NCBI GenBank assembly: GCA_052386875.1
Contig: JBQTJS010000050.1
Location: forward strand, 1,032-65,031
Source: Gemmatimonadaceae bacterium
Lineage (GTDB): Bacteria > Gemmatimonadota > Gemmatimonadetes > Gemmatimonadales > Gemmatimonadaceae
Direction: 5' to 3'
Length of the DNA: 64,000 nt
The translations under genes were made by a program, and so were the position numbers. This document shows, in pieces, positions 9,286 through 23,408 of this stretch (position 1 is the first letter of the stretch; the number at the start of each line of letters is the position of its first letter). The notes under the pieces were generated by a model. The model had not been told where the DNA came from. It saw only the letters and a list, made by a program, of their open reading frames with translations, and made no database searches.

Positions 9286-10593
9286 TTGCGCATCACGGTA
9301 ATCGGCACCGGGTACGTCGGTCTCGTTGTCGGCGCCTGTCTCGCCGAGACCGGAAACGATGTTGCCTGCGCCGACGTCGATCCGGAGAAGATCGCCGGCC
9401 TCACGCGCAATGTGATGCCGATCTTCGAGCCCGGGCTGGAAGACCTCGTGGCGCGCAACCAGAAGGAAGGACGCCTGCGATTCACGACCGATATCGCTGC
9501 GGCCATCGGACAGGGAGAGGTCATCTTCATCGCTGTCGGTACGCCGCCTGACGAGGACGGCTCGGCTGACCTGCGGCACGTACTGGATGTCGCCGCGCAG
9601 ATCGGCGAGCATATGCAGCGCGAGACTGTCATCGTCACCAAATCGACGGTCCCTGTCGGCACGGCGGCCAAGGTGGGGCAGACTGTCGCCAAGAAGGCGA
9701 AGCACGCCTTCCATATGTGCTCCAATCCCGAGTTCCTGAAGGAGGGGGCGGCCGTCGACGATTTTCTCAAGCCGGACCGCGTCGTGTTAGGCGTCGATAC
9801 CGATCACGCACGCAGCGTCATGACCGAGCTTTACGCCCCGTTTGTGCGCACCGGAAAGCCGATCATCTTCATGGATATCCCGTCAGCCGAAATGACGAAG
9901 TACGCGGCCAACGCGATGCTGGCCACGCGCATCTCGTTCATGAACGAAATCGCGAATCTGTGTGAGCGCGTGGGCGCCAACGTCGACCTCGTGCGCAAGG
10001 GGATCGGGAGCGACGGACGCATCGGCTCCTCCTTCCTCTTCCCGGGGCCCGGCTACGGCGGTTCCTGCTTTCCGAAAGACGTGAAAGCGCTGATCCGAAC
10101 GGCGCGGGAACAGCAGTCGCCGTTAGGTGTCCTCGAAGCCGTGGAGTGCGCCAACGACCGGCAGAAGGGCCGACTGTTTGACAAGCTGAGGAGCGCGTTA
10201 GGCGATGATGTGCGCGGGGCGCGCATCGCCTTATGGGGTCTGGCATTCAAACCCAATACGGACGACATGCGCGAAGCGCCGGCGCTGGCGCTCATCGATC
10301 AACTGCTGCGGCACGGCGCCAGCGTCGTCGCGCACGACCCCGCGGCCATGAGCGAGGCGCGCCGGCGTCTGGACGGCCAGGTTGCCTTCGCCGATACCAA
10401 CTACGACGCGCTGGACGGTGCGGACGCGCTCGTCGTCGTCACCGACTGGAACGTGTACAGGCATCCGGACTTCGAGCGTATCCGCACGCTGCTCAAGCGC
10501 CCCATCGTGATCGACGGCCGCAACCTGTACGATCCGGGCAAGATGCGCGCGTTAGGGTTCGAGTATCGATCGATCGGACGCGAACGCGCATGA
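9286..10593 (+). CDS. ugd: UDP-glucose 6-dehydrogenase
   Basis: TTG start. Contains [10 protein letters not shown] and GGSCFPKD, with the full-length 435-aa UDPGDH architecture. Confidence 0.9.
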   Translation: MRITVIGTGYVGLVVGACLAETGNDVACADVDPEKIAGLTRNVMPIFEPGLEDLVARNQKEGRLRFTTDIAAAIGQGEVIFIAVGTPPDEDGSADLRHVLDVAAQIGEHMQRETVIVTKSTVPVGTAAKVGQTVAKKAKHAFHMCSNPEFLKEGAAVDDFLKPDRVVLGVDTDHARSVMTELYAPFVRTGKPIIFMDIPSAEMTKYAANAMLATRISFMNEIANLCERVGANVDLVRKGIGSDGRIGSSFLFPGPGYGGSCFPKDVKALIRTAREQQSPLGVLEAVECANDRQKGRLFDKLRSALGDDVRGARIALWGLAFKPNTDDMREAPALALIDQLLRHGASVVAHDPAAMSEARRRLDGQVAFADTNYDALDGADALVVVTDWNVYRHPDFERIRTLLKRPIVIDGRNLYDPGKMRALGFEYRSIGRERA

Positions 10594-11552
10594 GAGTGCT
10601 TATCACGGGGGCAGCCGGTTTCCTTGGCTCGCATCTGTGCGACCGCTTTCTCGGTGACGGGCACAGCGTGGTCGGGTTGGACAACTTGATCACCGGGAGC
10701 GCGGACAATATTGCGCACCTCGCCGCCGAGCCGCGTTTCGAGTTCCAGCAGCACAACATCTCCACGTTCACCTACGTCGCCGGGGACCTGGACGGCGTCC
10801 TGCACTTCGCATCGCCGGCGAGCCCGCTGGACTATCTGGAACACCCCATCGCAACGCTCAAGGTTGGCGCGTTAGGCACACACAACGCACTGGGCCTCGC
10901 CAAGGCCAAGGGCGCACGCTTCTTCCTCGCCTCCACGTCCGAAGTCTACGGCGACCCGCTCGTGCACCCGCAGCCGGAGTCGTATTGGGGGAACGTCAAT
11001 CCCATCGGCCCGCGCGGCGTGTACGACGAGGCCAAGCGCTTCGCCGAGGCGATGACAATGGCCTACCACCGCGCCCACGGCGTGGACACGCGCATCGTGC
11101 GCATCTTCAACACATACGGCCCCCGCATGCGGCCGCGCGACGGGCGCGTCGTATCCAACTTCATTGTGCAAGCACTGAACGGGGAGCCGATCACGATTTA
11201 CGGCGACGGCACGCAGACGCGTTCCTTCTGCTACGTGGACGACGAGATCGAAGGGATCTACCGGCTATTCATGCGCGGCGACAGCCAGCCGACAAACATC
11301 GGAAACCCTAACGAGTTCACCGTTACGCAGCTGGCGGAGCTGGTCGTGGAACTGACCGGGAGCCCTTCTGTCGTGGTCTATCACCCGCTCCCAGTCGACG
11401 ACCCCAAAGTGCGCCAACCGGACATCACGCGGGCGCGCCGCATGCTCGGCTGGGAGCCGACAGTGTCGCTGCGCGACGGCGTGACGCGAACGATCGAGTA
11501 CTTCCGCCAAGTCCTGCAACCCGACGAAGCAGCGCGCGTCGCCAAACGTTAG
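10590..11552 (+). CDS. UDP-glucuronate decarboxylase (UDP-xylose synthase, SDR family)
   Basis: The ATG at 10590 overlaps the ugd stop (ATGA). The protein starts [16 protein letters not shown] and has the YDEAKR catalytic motif. The upstream part of ORF 10233.. is an arginine-rich shadow. Confidence 0.9.
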   Translation: MRVLITGAAGFLGSHLCDRFLGDGHSVVGLDNLITGSADNIAHLAAEPRFEFQQHNISTFTYVAGDLDGVLHFASPASPLDYLEHPIATLKVGALGTHNALGLAKAKGARFFLASTSEVYGDPLVHPQPESYWGNVNPIGPRGVYDEAKRFAEAMTMAYHRAHGVDTRIVRIFNTYGPRMRPRDGRVVSNFIVQALNGEPITIYGDGTQTRSFCYVDDEIEGIYRLFMRGDSQPTNIGNPNEFTVTQLAELVVELTGSPSVVVYHPLPVDDPKVRQPDITRARRMLGWEPTVSLRDGVTRTIEYFRQVLQPDEAARVAKR

Positions 11553-12265
11553 GCAACCGCCCAGCGCCGCATATCGAAGTCGAATGCGCCGGGCTCGCCC
11601 GCGATGCGCTCCTGCCACCAACGCGCCCGCGTGCGCGTCACGTAGAGGTACCATGACTCGGCCGCCAGCGGCTGCGCCCGCGCGAATGCCCGCGGCGCGA
11701 GCAGCGCGCTACATCCTTCCCGCGCAGGGTCGCGCACCGACTCGTAACGGATGATGAGAACCCCGGCGGCTCGTGCCCGCGCGGCGAGGTCCTGGCATGC
11801 GCTGTAATCGTTAGGATCGGTCCAGCGCTCGCGCTCCGCCTCGAAAGGACGCCGCCGCAAATCAATGGCCGGCCCCTCAGCCGCCGCCTGGAAGACAGTC
11901 TGCGGCATCGGATCGAGACGCTCCAGCGTCGGGCTATCCATCAGGAATCGCCAACGCCAATAGCCCAGCTCGGCACACGCGGTACGGACGGCATCGGCCC
12001 CGTAGAACACCCCCGGATCCGTCGCGCGGCGGAAACGCGATCCGTAAGCCGCCGGCGCATAGCGGAAAGGGGTCAAGAGCAGGTAGTGCAGCGCGCGGGG
12101 CGCAGTGGGGAGTGCCGGCTTGCTCTCCTCCAGAAGGTCCTCCAGCAGCAGCTGTTCCTCGCTCGAATCGACAAGCAACATTGTCGAGACCACGCGCTGT
12201 GCCTCCACGGCCCGCCAAAGCTCCAGCCGCGCCGGCCGCACCTCAAACTCGACCGCGCGCCGCAT
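11549..12265 (-). CDS. RES-domain toxin (MbcT/ParT-like NAD+-targeting toxin family)
   Basis: R..E..S arrangement ([22 protein letters not shown]). It lies immediately downstream of, and overlaps, an Xre/MbcA-type antitoxin gene. I chose the start at the internal ATG (MRRAVEF). Confidence 0.8.
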   Translation of the reverse strand: MRRAVEFEVRPARLELWRAVEAQRVVSTMLLVDSSEEQLLLEDLLEESKPALPTAPRALHYLLLTPFRYAPAAYGSRFRRATDPGVFYGADAVRTACAELGYWRWRFLMDSPTLERLDPMPQTVFQAAAEGPAIDLRRRPFEAERERWTDPNDYSACQDLAARARAAGVLIIRYESVRDPAREGCSALLAPRAFARAQPLAAESWYLYVTRTRARWWQERIAGEPGAFDFDMRRWAVA

Positions 12266-12632
12266 CGAGGTATTGCACCACCCGGACCAGCCCCTCCGCG
12301 GTCCGAACCAGCTCAAGGGGCGTGGCTCCGAGAGCGACGTTGTTTCCTGCGAGCCACGCCCGAGCCTGCGCGCCATGGCCGGCCACGGCATCGAGGGACC
12401 GGAACAGGCGGACGAAGAGTAGAGCCAACTCCCACTCCTTCCCGCGTGACTGATCCAGGAGGTACTTCCCGGCGACGAGACGCGACGCTGACGCGCGACT
12501 GACGCCGAGGATCTCTGACACGAGCGCCTGATTCAGCCCCAATAGATCAGCCGCCCTTATGACGGCCTTGGACAGAGTAGGCGCAGGGAGGGGAGCAGCC
12601 GACTTAGCGGAGGTGGCCGGAATAGAATGCAT
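12243..12632 (-). CDS. Xre/MbcA/ParS-type antitoxin with a DUF2384-like toxin-binding C-terminal domain
   Basis: HTH segment LGLNQALVSEILGVSRASASRL plus the C-terminal W..G.N.ALGG.TPLEL....G...V motif. I chose the start at MHSIP (12632). Confidence 0.75.
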   Translation of the reverse strand: MHSIPATSAKSAAPLPAPTLSKAVIRAADLLGLNQALVSEILGVSRASASRLVAGKYLLDQSRGKEWELALLFVRLFRSLDAVAGHGAQARAWLAGNNVALGATPLELVRTAEGLVRVVQYLDAARGRV

Positions 12633-12885
12633 GTGCGTGACTCCGTTTGCTGTAGCAATAATAGCGCTCGTTCCATTCTGAGGCAATACCGCCGGGTGGT
12701 GCTCACGGGCCGTGGCCGCCGAGCGTGGTTGAGGGCCGCTCACGCGTTGTCGTTAGGCGCTCAGTGCTTGTGGTGCACGTCCCCGGCGGGGAGGTTTATC
12801 TTTGAGCACGGTCCCCGGCCGGCGGCGAAGCACCGCTTGGGTCGGCCCGAACCATACGCAAGCCTCCGGGTATTGACCCGCTGCC

Positions 12886-13665
12886 ATGACCCATAGAAAG
12901 TGGGCGCGGCTGGCTCGAACGACGCTCCTCGTCGCGCTCGCTTTGTCGTGCGGACGGTCGTTCCGGCTCGACCGCTTTCCAAACAGTGATACGCTTTTCC
13001 AGGCCGCGATGCGCGAATACCAGGCGCGTCGCTGGGCCAATGCTGTCGCCGCGTTCGAGAAGCTCACGCTGGACCTGCCAGCGCGCGACACATTGCTCCC
13101 GCTGGCGCACTTCTACCTCGCGAAGTCCCACCTCGGCCGGCGCGAGTTCCTTTTGGCGGCACAGAGCTTCAAGCGTCTCGCTGAATCCTTCGCCACGGAC
13201 ACGCTGGCTGACGACGCACAGTACGAAGCGGCGCGCGCGTATCACAACTTGTGGCGCAAGCCTCAACTCGATCCGAACTACGGCGAGTTGGCTGCGGCGG
13301 AATACCAGACTCTCATCGCGCTATATCCGGACTCGGAGCTGAAGGACGACGCCGAGCGGCAGATCAGGGCGCTAAACGAGTGGTTCGCTATAAAGGACTA
13401 CGACAACGGCCTACACTATCTACGCCGCAAGGCGTATGACTCGGCGATCATCTACTTCAAGGATGTAGTGGAGCGCTATCCGGATACGCGGAAAGCGCGC
13501 GAGGCATACATCCGGCTCGCCGAGGCGTACGACGTTATACGCTGGCGCGAGGATAAGCAGGAAGTCTGCACTGCGCTGCATCAGCGCTACCCGAGGGACA
13601 GGGAAGTAGTGGATGTGTGTGGGCCGCGAACCGTCACCGAGTCGGCGAAGCGCGACACCACGTAA
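12886..13665 (+). CDS. bamD: Outer membrane protein assembly factor BamD (YfiO), a TPR lipoprotein
   Basis: Signal peptide with lipobox LALSC. TPR-like repeats and the typical BamD length of 259 aa. Confidence 0.8.
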   Translation: MTHRKWARLARTTLLVALALSCGRSFRLDRFPNSDTLFQAAMREYQARRWANAVAAFEKLTLDLPARDTLLPLAHFYLAKSHLGRREFLLAAQSFKRLAESFATDTLADDAQYEAARAYHNLWRKPQLDPNYGELAAAEYQTLIALYPDSELKDDAERQIRALNEWFAIKDYDNGLHYLRRKAYDSAIIYFKDVVERYPDTRKAREAYIRLAEAYDVIRWREDKQEVCTALHQRYPRDREVVDVCGPRTVTESAKRDTT

Positions 13666-13668
13666 GGC

Positions 13669-14304
13669 GTGCGCGTCGGAATCCTTGGCGGCACATTCGA
13701 TCCACCACACGTTGGCCATTTGTTAGCTGCGTCCGATGCCTACGAGCAACTGCAACTGGACCGCGTGCTGTTCGTGCCCGCCGCGCAGCAACCGCTCAAG
13801 ACGGATCGCGCCACAGCTGCTGCGGCGGATCGACTAGCGATGACGCGCGCGGCCATTGGCGCAGATGCGCGATTCGAAGTGAGCGCGATTGAAATCGACC
13901 GGGCCGGGTTATCTTTCACTGTCGACACCCTGCTGGCGATGGCGGAACAGCGACCCAATGACACACGCTATCTCTTGTTAGGTGCCGACGTGTTGCGAAC
14001 GTTTTCACAGTGGCGGTCTCCTGAGCGAGTGCTCGAGCTTGCAACGTTGGCGGTCTTCGAGCGAGCGGATGGTGACGGGGCGGCGGGGGAACGCGGCGCC
14101 CGAGCGGCATGGGATGCGCTGCGCAATGAGTGGTACGTCGCGCGCGGGACGTTTCCCGAGCATGAGCCCGTATTCGTTGCGCTGCGTCGAATTGACGTCT
14201 CGTCCAGCGAGATCCGATCGCGTGTGGCTGCGGGGCGTTCAATACATGGATTCGTCCCCGAGGCGGTGGCAGCGTATGCGGCCGAGCAGCGGCTTTATCT
14301 GTAG
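13669..14304 (+). CDS. nadD: Nicotinate-nucleotide adenylyltransferase
   Basis: GTG start. Contains the GILGGTFDPPHVGHL motif and the ISSSEIR-like motif VSSSEIR. Confidence 0.9.
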   Translation: MRVGILGGTFDPPHVGHLLAASDAYEQLQLDRVLFVPAAQQPLKTDRATAAAADRLAMTRAAIGADARFEVSAIEIDRAGLSFTVDTLLAMAEQRPNDTRYLLLGADVLRTFSQWRSPERVLELATLAVFERADGDGAAGERGARAAWDALRNEWYVARGTFPEHEPVFVALRRIDVSSSEIRSRVAAGRSIHGFVPEAVAAYAAEQRLYL

Positions 14305-14313
14305 CAGGGAGCG

Positions 14314-17667
<3,354 letters not shown>

Positions 17668-17693
17668 CGATCGCGCTGAGGTAAGGACGCGCT

Positions 17694-17786
17694 GTAGAGC
17701 CGCCGGGCCAGGGAAAGAGACGCGCGCCACCCACACAATCCCCGTGCTGTATAGCGTGGAGCCGCCGGCGCAGGGAAGAGACACCG
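17694..17786. repeat. Imperfect direct repeat of about 31 nt (two copies 62 nt apart) in the secA-radC intergenic region
   Basis: gtagagccgccgggccagggaaagagacgcgc compared with gtggagccgccggcgcagggaagagacaccgc. Confidence 0.6.
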
Positions 17787-17861
17787 CATGCGGGGATGCG
17801 GTGAAGTGCTTGCCCGCACAGCATGCTATTGGTGCGTCGTGCTTGCGCAGGGTGAGCTAGG

Positions 17862-18668
17862 ATGACAGGCCATGACAACGCGCGCCCCTCGCCACCGGTC
17901 GCGCTGAGCGTCCGCGAGCTGGCGCCTCACGATCGACCGCGTGAGCGACTACGGAGATCGGGGGCGGCAGCGCTGAGTAATGTCGAGCTGCTGGCGATCA
18001 TACTCGGAACAGGGAGCGCCGAACGCTCCTCGCTAGCGCTGGCGCATGAGCTTCTGGCGGCCGCATCCGGGTCGCTCAGGCGGCTGGCCTCCTCCAGCGT
18101 CGCGAGCATAACGAGTATACGCGGTCTGGGGACCGCGCGTGCCTCAATCATTCATTCTGCGCTCGAGCTGGGCCGGCGACTGGCACTGGAGACACGCGCC
18201 GAAGGGGCGCTCATCAGGACGCCGCGGGACGTATACCTGGCGTACGCCCCTCGCTTGGAGGATCTGCCTGTAGAAGAATTCCACGTCGCGGTCCTCGACT
18301 CGCAACAGCGTTTCGAGCGCGATGTGCTGGTGACGCGCGGGATCCTGAACGGCTCTTTGGTGCACCCGCGCGAGGTATTCCGCGAGGCGATCGCGGAACG
18401 CGCGGCTTCAGTCATCCTCGTGCACAACCACCCGAGCGGCGATCCCATGCCTTCCGTCAACGACCGGGCGGTGACGGATCAACTGGTTCTAGCGGGTCGA
18501 GTGCTAGATATTCCGGTTCAGGACCATGTGGTCATCGGGCGGGGCCGCTATGTAAGCTTCGTTGAGGCGGGGCTGATGCCAGGCGGCGCCGGCCCGGCCT
18601 CTATTGCGTCGGGTGTGCCGGCGACACCCGCGGGGGCGATCGGTGCTTACGGTCGGCGCCTTTCCTGA
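17862..18668 (+). CDS. radC: RadC-family JAB/MPN domain protein
   Basis: HhH N-terminal region (LSNVELLAIILGTG) and JAMM motif HNHPSGDPMPS. Confidence 0.9.
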   Translation: MTGHDNARPSPPVALSVRELAPHDRPRERLRRSGAAALSNVELLAIILGTGSAERSSLALAHELLAAASGSLRRLASSSVASITSIRGLGTARASIIHSALELGRRLALETRAEGALIRTPRDVYLAYAPRLEDLPVEEFHVAVLDSQQRFERDVLVTRGILNGSLVHPREVFREAIAERAASVILVHNHPSGDPMPSVNDRAVTDQLVLAGRVLDIPVQDHVVIGRGRYVSFVEAGLMPGGAGPASIASGVPATPAGAIGAYGRRLS

Positions 18669-18707
18669 TGCCGCCACGTTCTCGGGTAGCCCAATCTGTC
18701 TACCGTA

Positions 18708-20873
18708 TTGAACGACGTCATACCTGGCTGGCCGGCGAGCGGACCGCATATCGAGCGGCTCGACGCCGACCTGCTCGCGCGCGCCTATCGCTTCAGCGAA
18801 AAGGCGCACGAGGGACAGGTCCGCCGTAACGGCGATCCGTTCGTCACGCACTGCGTCGAGGTGGCGAAGATCCTCGCCGATTTGCAGTTGGATTCGGTGA
18901 CAGTCGCATGTGGCCTGATCCATGATGTGATCGAGGACACAGCGACCACCACGGCGGATGTCGAGCGCGAGTTCGGCAAAGAGATGGCGACGATTGTCGA
19001 CGGCCTAACGAAGATCGGTCATCTCCCTCTCAACTCGACGCAGGAGCGGCAGGTCGAGAACTATCGCAAGCTGCTGCTCTCGATCGCGAAGGATGCGCGG
19101 GTCATCCTCATCAAGCTGGCGGATCGGCTGCACAACATGCGGACGCTCGACTGGCTCCCCGAGGACAAGCGCGCGCGCATCGCGCTGGAGACGCGTGATC
19201 TGTACGCGCCGCTAGCGCACAGATTCGGCATGGCCAAGATGCGCTGGGAGCTGGAGGACCTGGCGTTCAAGTACATCGAGCCCGACGAGTACCGCAGCCT
19301 GGCTCAGCTGGTGCAGGCGAAGCGTAGCGCACGGGAGTCACTCATTGCGGCGATGCGCGAGCCTCTCGAGCGCACGCTGCGTGCGGCCGGGATCCCCGAC
19401 GTGGAGGTCACGGGCCGGCCGAAGCATCTGTGGTCGATCTTCAAGAAGATGGAGAAGCGCGAGCGGCCGTACGACGAGATTTACGATCTGCTGGCGATCA
19501 GGGTGCTCGTGAACTCTGTGCCCGACTGCTATCACGCGTTAGGCGTCATACACGAGGGGTGGACGCCGCTACAGGAACGCATCAAGGACTACATAGCGCA
19601 GCCCAAGTCCAACGGGTATCAGTCGCTGCATACCACGGTGTTCGGCCCGGGGCGTCAGCTGTACGAGATTCAGATCCGCACGCGCGGGATGCACAGTACA
19701 GCGGAATTCGGGATTGCCGCGCACTGGCTGTACAAGGAATCCAACGGCAAATCGACGGAGCTGGACCGCGCGCTGCACTGGTTCCGGCAAGTGCTCGAGC
19801 TGCAGCTGGACGCGAAAACGCCGGACGAGTTCCTCGAGTTTCTCAAGCTCGACTTGTACGCGGACGAGATCTTCGTCTTCACACCGACCGGCGACGTGAT
19901 CCAGCTGCCCAAGGGTGCTACGCCCATCGATTTCGCGTTCGCCGTGCACACCGAGGTCGGCGCTCACTGCCAGGGAGCAAAAGTCAACGGCAAGATCGCG
20001 CCGTTATCGCGCGAGCTGAAGAACTCCGAAACAGTGGAGATACTCACGGCCACGACAGCTAAACCGAACCGCGATTGGCTGGCACACGTGCGCACCGGCC
20101 GCGCGCGCCACAAGATCCGCCAGTTTCTGCGGCACGAGGAGCAGCAGACGGCGGCCAAACTGGGGCGCGATATCCTGGAGCGCGAAGTACGCAGGCGCAA
20201 GCTGACGAAGCCGGACGACACGCAGCTCGACAAGGTCGCCAAAGAGCACTTCCGGCTGAATGACGGCCGGCACCTCATTGCCTCGTTAGGCCAGGGCGAC
20301 GTCGGCATCGTCGAGGTGCTCAAGGCGCTTTACCCCGATCTCGCTCAGGACGTGGAACAGCCGTCCAAGCCGACGGCGATCGAGCGCCTGGTCGAGCGCA
20401 TGCGTGGAACGTCGCGCGGAGTGAAGATCCAGGGCGTCGACGGCGTCATGGTGCGTTACGCGCAGTGCTGCCAGCCGGTCCCGGGCGATTCGGTCGTCGG
20501 CTACGTTACGCGCGGACGCGGCGTGAGCATCCACCGCGCCGACTGTCCCAACCTCCTCATCCTGGTGCACGAACCGGAGCGGCGCCTCGAGATCGACTGG
20601 ACGGAGCAGCCCGGCGAGCGGTTCGTGGTGCGATTGGCCCTGACCGGCTTCGATCGCCGCGGTCTCTACGCGGATCTCGCCGGCGCAATTTCGGCGACGG
20701 GTACGGACATCCGCGGAATGGAGCTGCGCACTACGGACGGGCGCGTCAGCGGCGCTGCGCTGGTAGAAGTGGAGAACCTCGCACATCTGCAGAAGATCAT
20801 GAAGGCGGCGCGACGCGTTAAAGGGATAACAGAGGTGGCGCGCCGTGAGCGGATCGGCGAACCGGAAGCCTAA
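18708..20873 (+). CDS. relA: Bifunctional (p)ppGpp synthetase/hydrolase, RelA/SpoT family
   Basis: TTG start. HD domain (HCVEV..HDVIEDT), a synthetase domain, and TGS and ACT regions; 721 aa. Confidence 0.95.
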   Translation: MNDVIPGWPASGPHIERLDADLLARAYRFSEKAHEGQVRRNGDPFVTHCVEVAKILADLQLDSVTVACGLIHDVIEDTATTTADVEREFGKEMATIVDGLTKIGHLPLNSTQERQVENYRKLLLSIAKDARVILIKLADRLHNMRTLDWLPEDKRARIALETRDLYAPLAHRFGMAKMRWELEDLAFKYIEPDEYRSLAQLVQAKRSARESLIAAMREPLERTLRAAGIPDVEVTGRPKHLWSIFKKMEKRERPYDEIYDLLAIRVLVNSVPDCYHALGVIHEGWTPLQERIKDYIAQPKSNGYQSLHTTVFGPGRQLYEIQIRTRGMHSTAEFGIAAHWLYKESNGKSTELDRALHWFRQVLELQLDAKTPDEFLEFLKLDLYADEIFVFTPTGDVIQLPKGATPIDFAFAVHTEVGAHCQGAKVNGKIAPLSRELKNSETVEILTATTAKPNRDWLAHVRTGRARHKIRQFLRHEEQQTAAKLGRDILEREVRRRKLTKPDDTQLDKVAKEHFRLNDGRHLIASLGQGDVGIVEVLKALYPDLAQDVEQPSKPTAIERLVERMRGTSRGVKIQGVDGVMVRYAQCCQPVPGDSVVGYVTRGRGVSIHRADCPNLLILVHEPERRLEIDWTEQPGERFVVRLALTGFDRRGLYADLAGAISATGTDIRGMELRTTDGRVSGAALVEVENLAHLQKIMKAARRVKGITEVARRERIGEPEA

Positions 20874-20895
20874 CGAGACCATCATTTCACGGTTT

Positions 20896-22941
20896 ATGGC
20901 CAACGCATCGTTCTTTCTCCAATCGCCGTTTGTTCCCGCCGGCGACCAGCCGCGCGCTATAACGGAGCTGTCCGCCGGACTCGAGCGCGGCGATCGCTTT
21001 CAAACCCTCCTCGGCGTGACGGGGTCCGGAAAGACGATGACAATGGCCCACGTGATCGCCAACTTCGGCCGTCCGACGCTGGTGCTGTCGCACAACAAAA
21101 CGCTGGCCGCGCAGTTGTACGGTGAACTGAAGGGGTTCTTCCCGAAGAATGCCGTCGAGTACTTCATCTCGTATTACGACTACTACCAGCCCGAGGCGTA
21201 CGTGCCGAGCACCGACACGTATATCGAGAAGGACGCCTCTATAAACGAAGACATCGACCGGCTGCGCCTGCGGGCCACGTCGAGCCTGATGGAGCGCAAC
21301 GATGTCGTGATCGTCGCCACGGTTTCGGCGATCTACGGACTGGGTGACCCGGAGCTGTACAAGGAGCGGATGGTGCTCCTTAACCGCGGGCAAAGGATCG
21401 CACGTAATCAGATCCTGCGTGCTCTGGTCGATATCCAGTACTCGCGTAACGATCTGGCTTTCGAGCGCGGGACCTTCCGCGTCCGCGGTGACACTGTGGA
21501 GATACTGCCGGCCTACGAGGAGCAGGGGATCCGAATCGAGATGTTCGGCGATGAGGTCGAGAGGATCTCCAAGATCAATGCCTTGACCGGCGAGACGATC
21601 ACGGTGCTGGACCGCGCCGCCGTGTATCCGGCGAAACACTTCATCACGGAGCGCGTGACGCTGGAGCGCGCCATCGACAAGGTGCGCGCGGAGCTGGCGG
21701 AACGCCTAACGCTGCTACGCAACGCCGGCAAGCTGCTGGAGGCGCAGCGCCTCGAGTCGCGCACGAACTTCGACATCGAGATGCTTTTGGAGATTGGAAC
21801 CTGTGCCGGGATCGAGAACTACTCGCGGCACCTCTCTGGGCGCGCCGAAGGAGAGCGGGCCGCAGTGCTCTTCGACTATTTCCCGGAAGACTTCCTCGTC
21901 ATCGTAGACGAGTCTCACGTTACCCTGCCGCAGATCCGCGGCATGTACAACGGCGATCGCGCCCGCAAAGAGACTTTGGTCGAATACGGCTTCCGCCTGC
22001 CGAGTGCCCTGGACAACCGGCCCTTGATGTTCGACGAGTTCCTGACGTTGACGCCGCGAGCGCTCTTCGTGAGTGCGACACCCGCGGAGTTGGAGCTGGA
22101 GCTTTCCGACGGAGTCGTCGTCGAGCAGATCATCCGTCCGACAGGCTTGGTGGATCCGGAGATCGAGGTGCGGCCGGTGCGCGGCCAGGTCGACGATCTA
22201 CTGCACGAAATCCGCGTGCGTGAACGCTGCGGGGAACGCGTGCTCGTGACGACCCTAACGAAGCGGATGGCCGAGGATCTCACCGACTACATGCAGCAGA
22301 TGGGAGTTCGTGTGCGCTACATGCATGCCGATATCGATGCTATCGAACGCATGGAGATCGTGAGGGGGCTGCGCTTGGGCGATTTCGACGTGCTCGTCGG
22401 CATCAATCTGCTGCGCGAAGGACTCGACATGCCCGAGGTGTCGCTCGTGGCGATCCTCGATGCCGACCAAGAGGGATTCCTGCGGAGCGAACGGTCGTTG
22501 ATTCAGACCGTCGGACGGGCGGCACGCCACGTCGCCGGACGCGCGATTTTCTACGCGGATAAGATGACCGACTCGATGCGCCGCTGCATCGACGAGACCG
22601 ATCGCCGGCGCGTGCTGCAAGAGGAGCACAACCGTGAGCACGGCGTCGTGCCGCAGAGCGTGGTGAAGAGCGCGGATGAAGTGCGCTTCATCACACGCGT
22701 CGCGGACGCACGCGAGCAGCAGCAGCAGCGCCGTGTGGCGGAGGAATCGCGCGTGCAGTACGACGCGCGCGACGTCGACGCGCTCATCGCGCAGCTCGAA
22801 AGCGACATGCGCGCAGCCGCCAAGGCACTGGACTTCGAGACAGCGGCTCAATTGCGCGATCAGCTTTTCGAGGTGCGGGCGCGCAAGGACGGCATGGTGC
22901 GGCGACGCGACGTCTTCGCCGAGATCCGCGCGCGCGCGTGA
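20896..22941 (+). CDS. uvrB: Excinuclease ABC subunit B
   Basis: GVTGSGKT Walker A, helicase motifs, and a C-terminal UVR domain ([14 protein letters not shown]). I prefer the start at [12 protein letters not shown]. Confidence 0.95.
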   Translation: MANASFFLQSPFVPAGDQPRAITELSAGLERGDRFQTLLGVTGSGKTMTMAHVIANFGRPTLVLSHNKTLAAQLYGELKGFFPKNAVEYFISYYDYYQPEAYVPSTDTYIEKDASINEDIDRLRLRATSSLMERNDVVIVATVSAIYGLGDPELYKERMVLLNRGQRIARNQILRALVDIQYSRNDLAFERGTFRVRGDTVEILPAYEEQGIRIEMFGDEVERISKINALTGETITVLDRAAVYPAKHFITERVTLERAIDKVRAELAERLTLLRNAGKLLEAQRLESRTNFDIEMLLEIGTCAGIENYSRHLSGRAEGERAAVLFDYFPEDFLVIVDESHVTLPQIRGMYNGDRARKETLVEYGFRLPSALDNRPLMFDEFLTLTPRALFVSATPAELELELSDGVVVEQIIRPTGLVDPEIEVRPVRGQVDDLLHEIRVRERCGERVLVTTLTKRMAEDLTDYMQQMGVRVRYMHADIDAIERMEIVRGLRLGDFDVLVGINLLREGLDMPEVSLVAILDADQEGFLRSERSLIQTVGRAARHVAGRAIFYADKMTDSMRRCIDETDRRRVLQEEHNREHGVVPQSVVKSADEVRFITRVADAREQQQQRRVAEESRVQYDARDVDALIAQLESDMRAAAKALDFETAAQLRDQLFEVRARKDGMVRRRDVFAEIRARA

Positions 22942-23405
22942 TGGAAAGGGGTGCGCCGCTGCATCATCTCGCCCCGGAACGTATCGCCGAGGGACGACTC
23001 GTCCTAACGAGGGACGAGCTTGTCGACTGGGGCGAGGCGTTCGGCCGGGCTGCGCGGGCGCCGCTTGTTGTGGCCATCGCGGGCGAGCTGGGGTCGGGGA
23101 AGACCACGCTCGTCCAAGCCATCTGCCGCGGCTACGGCGTCGTCGAGCAGGTGACCAGCCCGACGTTCGCTCTGGTTCATGAGTACGCGGCGCCGCGCTC
23201 ACGTGTTTTCCATCTCGATCTCTTCCGCCTGAACGGAGAACACGAGCTGGCGCGTATCGGCTGGGACGATCTCATGAGCGCGCAGGGTCTCGTGCTCATC
23301 GAATGGCCCGAGCGCGCCGGAGCGGCCCTGCCGCCGGAGCATGTCGGCATCGAGCTGCAACACTTGCCTAACGAGCCGGACCGGCGCGTCTTGCTGGCGG
23401 GCTAG
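22938..23405 (+). CDS. tsaE: tRNA t6A37 biosynthesis ATPase TsaE
   Basis: 155-aa protein with [12 protein letters not shown] and the SPTFALV motif. Confidence 0.9.
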   Translation: MMERGAPLHHLAPERIAEGRLVLTRDELVDWGEAFGRAARAPLVVAIAGELGSGKTTLVQAICRGYGVVEQVTSPTFALVHEYAAPRSRVFHLDLFRLNGEHELARIGWDDLMSAQGLVLIEWPERAGAALPPEHVGIELQHLPNEPDRRVLLAG

Positions 23406-23408
23406 CTC

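Noticed and set aside
10233-10589. Long N-terminal extensions offered by the ORF track for uxs, and likewise for 7862, 20845, 24044, 24687, 25337, 26338, 31368, 35079, 36466, 48480, 53557, 54618, 57784, 61302 and 61954
   Set aside because: The extensions overlap the preceding gene and translate to arginine-rich nonsense. Internal starts give the canonical N-termini, often with stop-start overlap.
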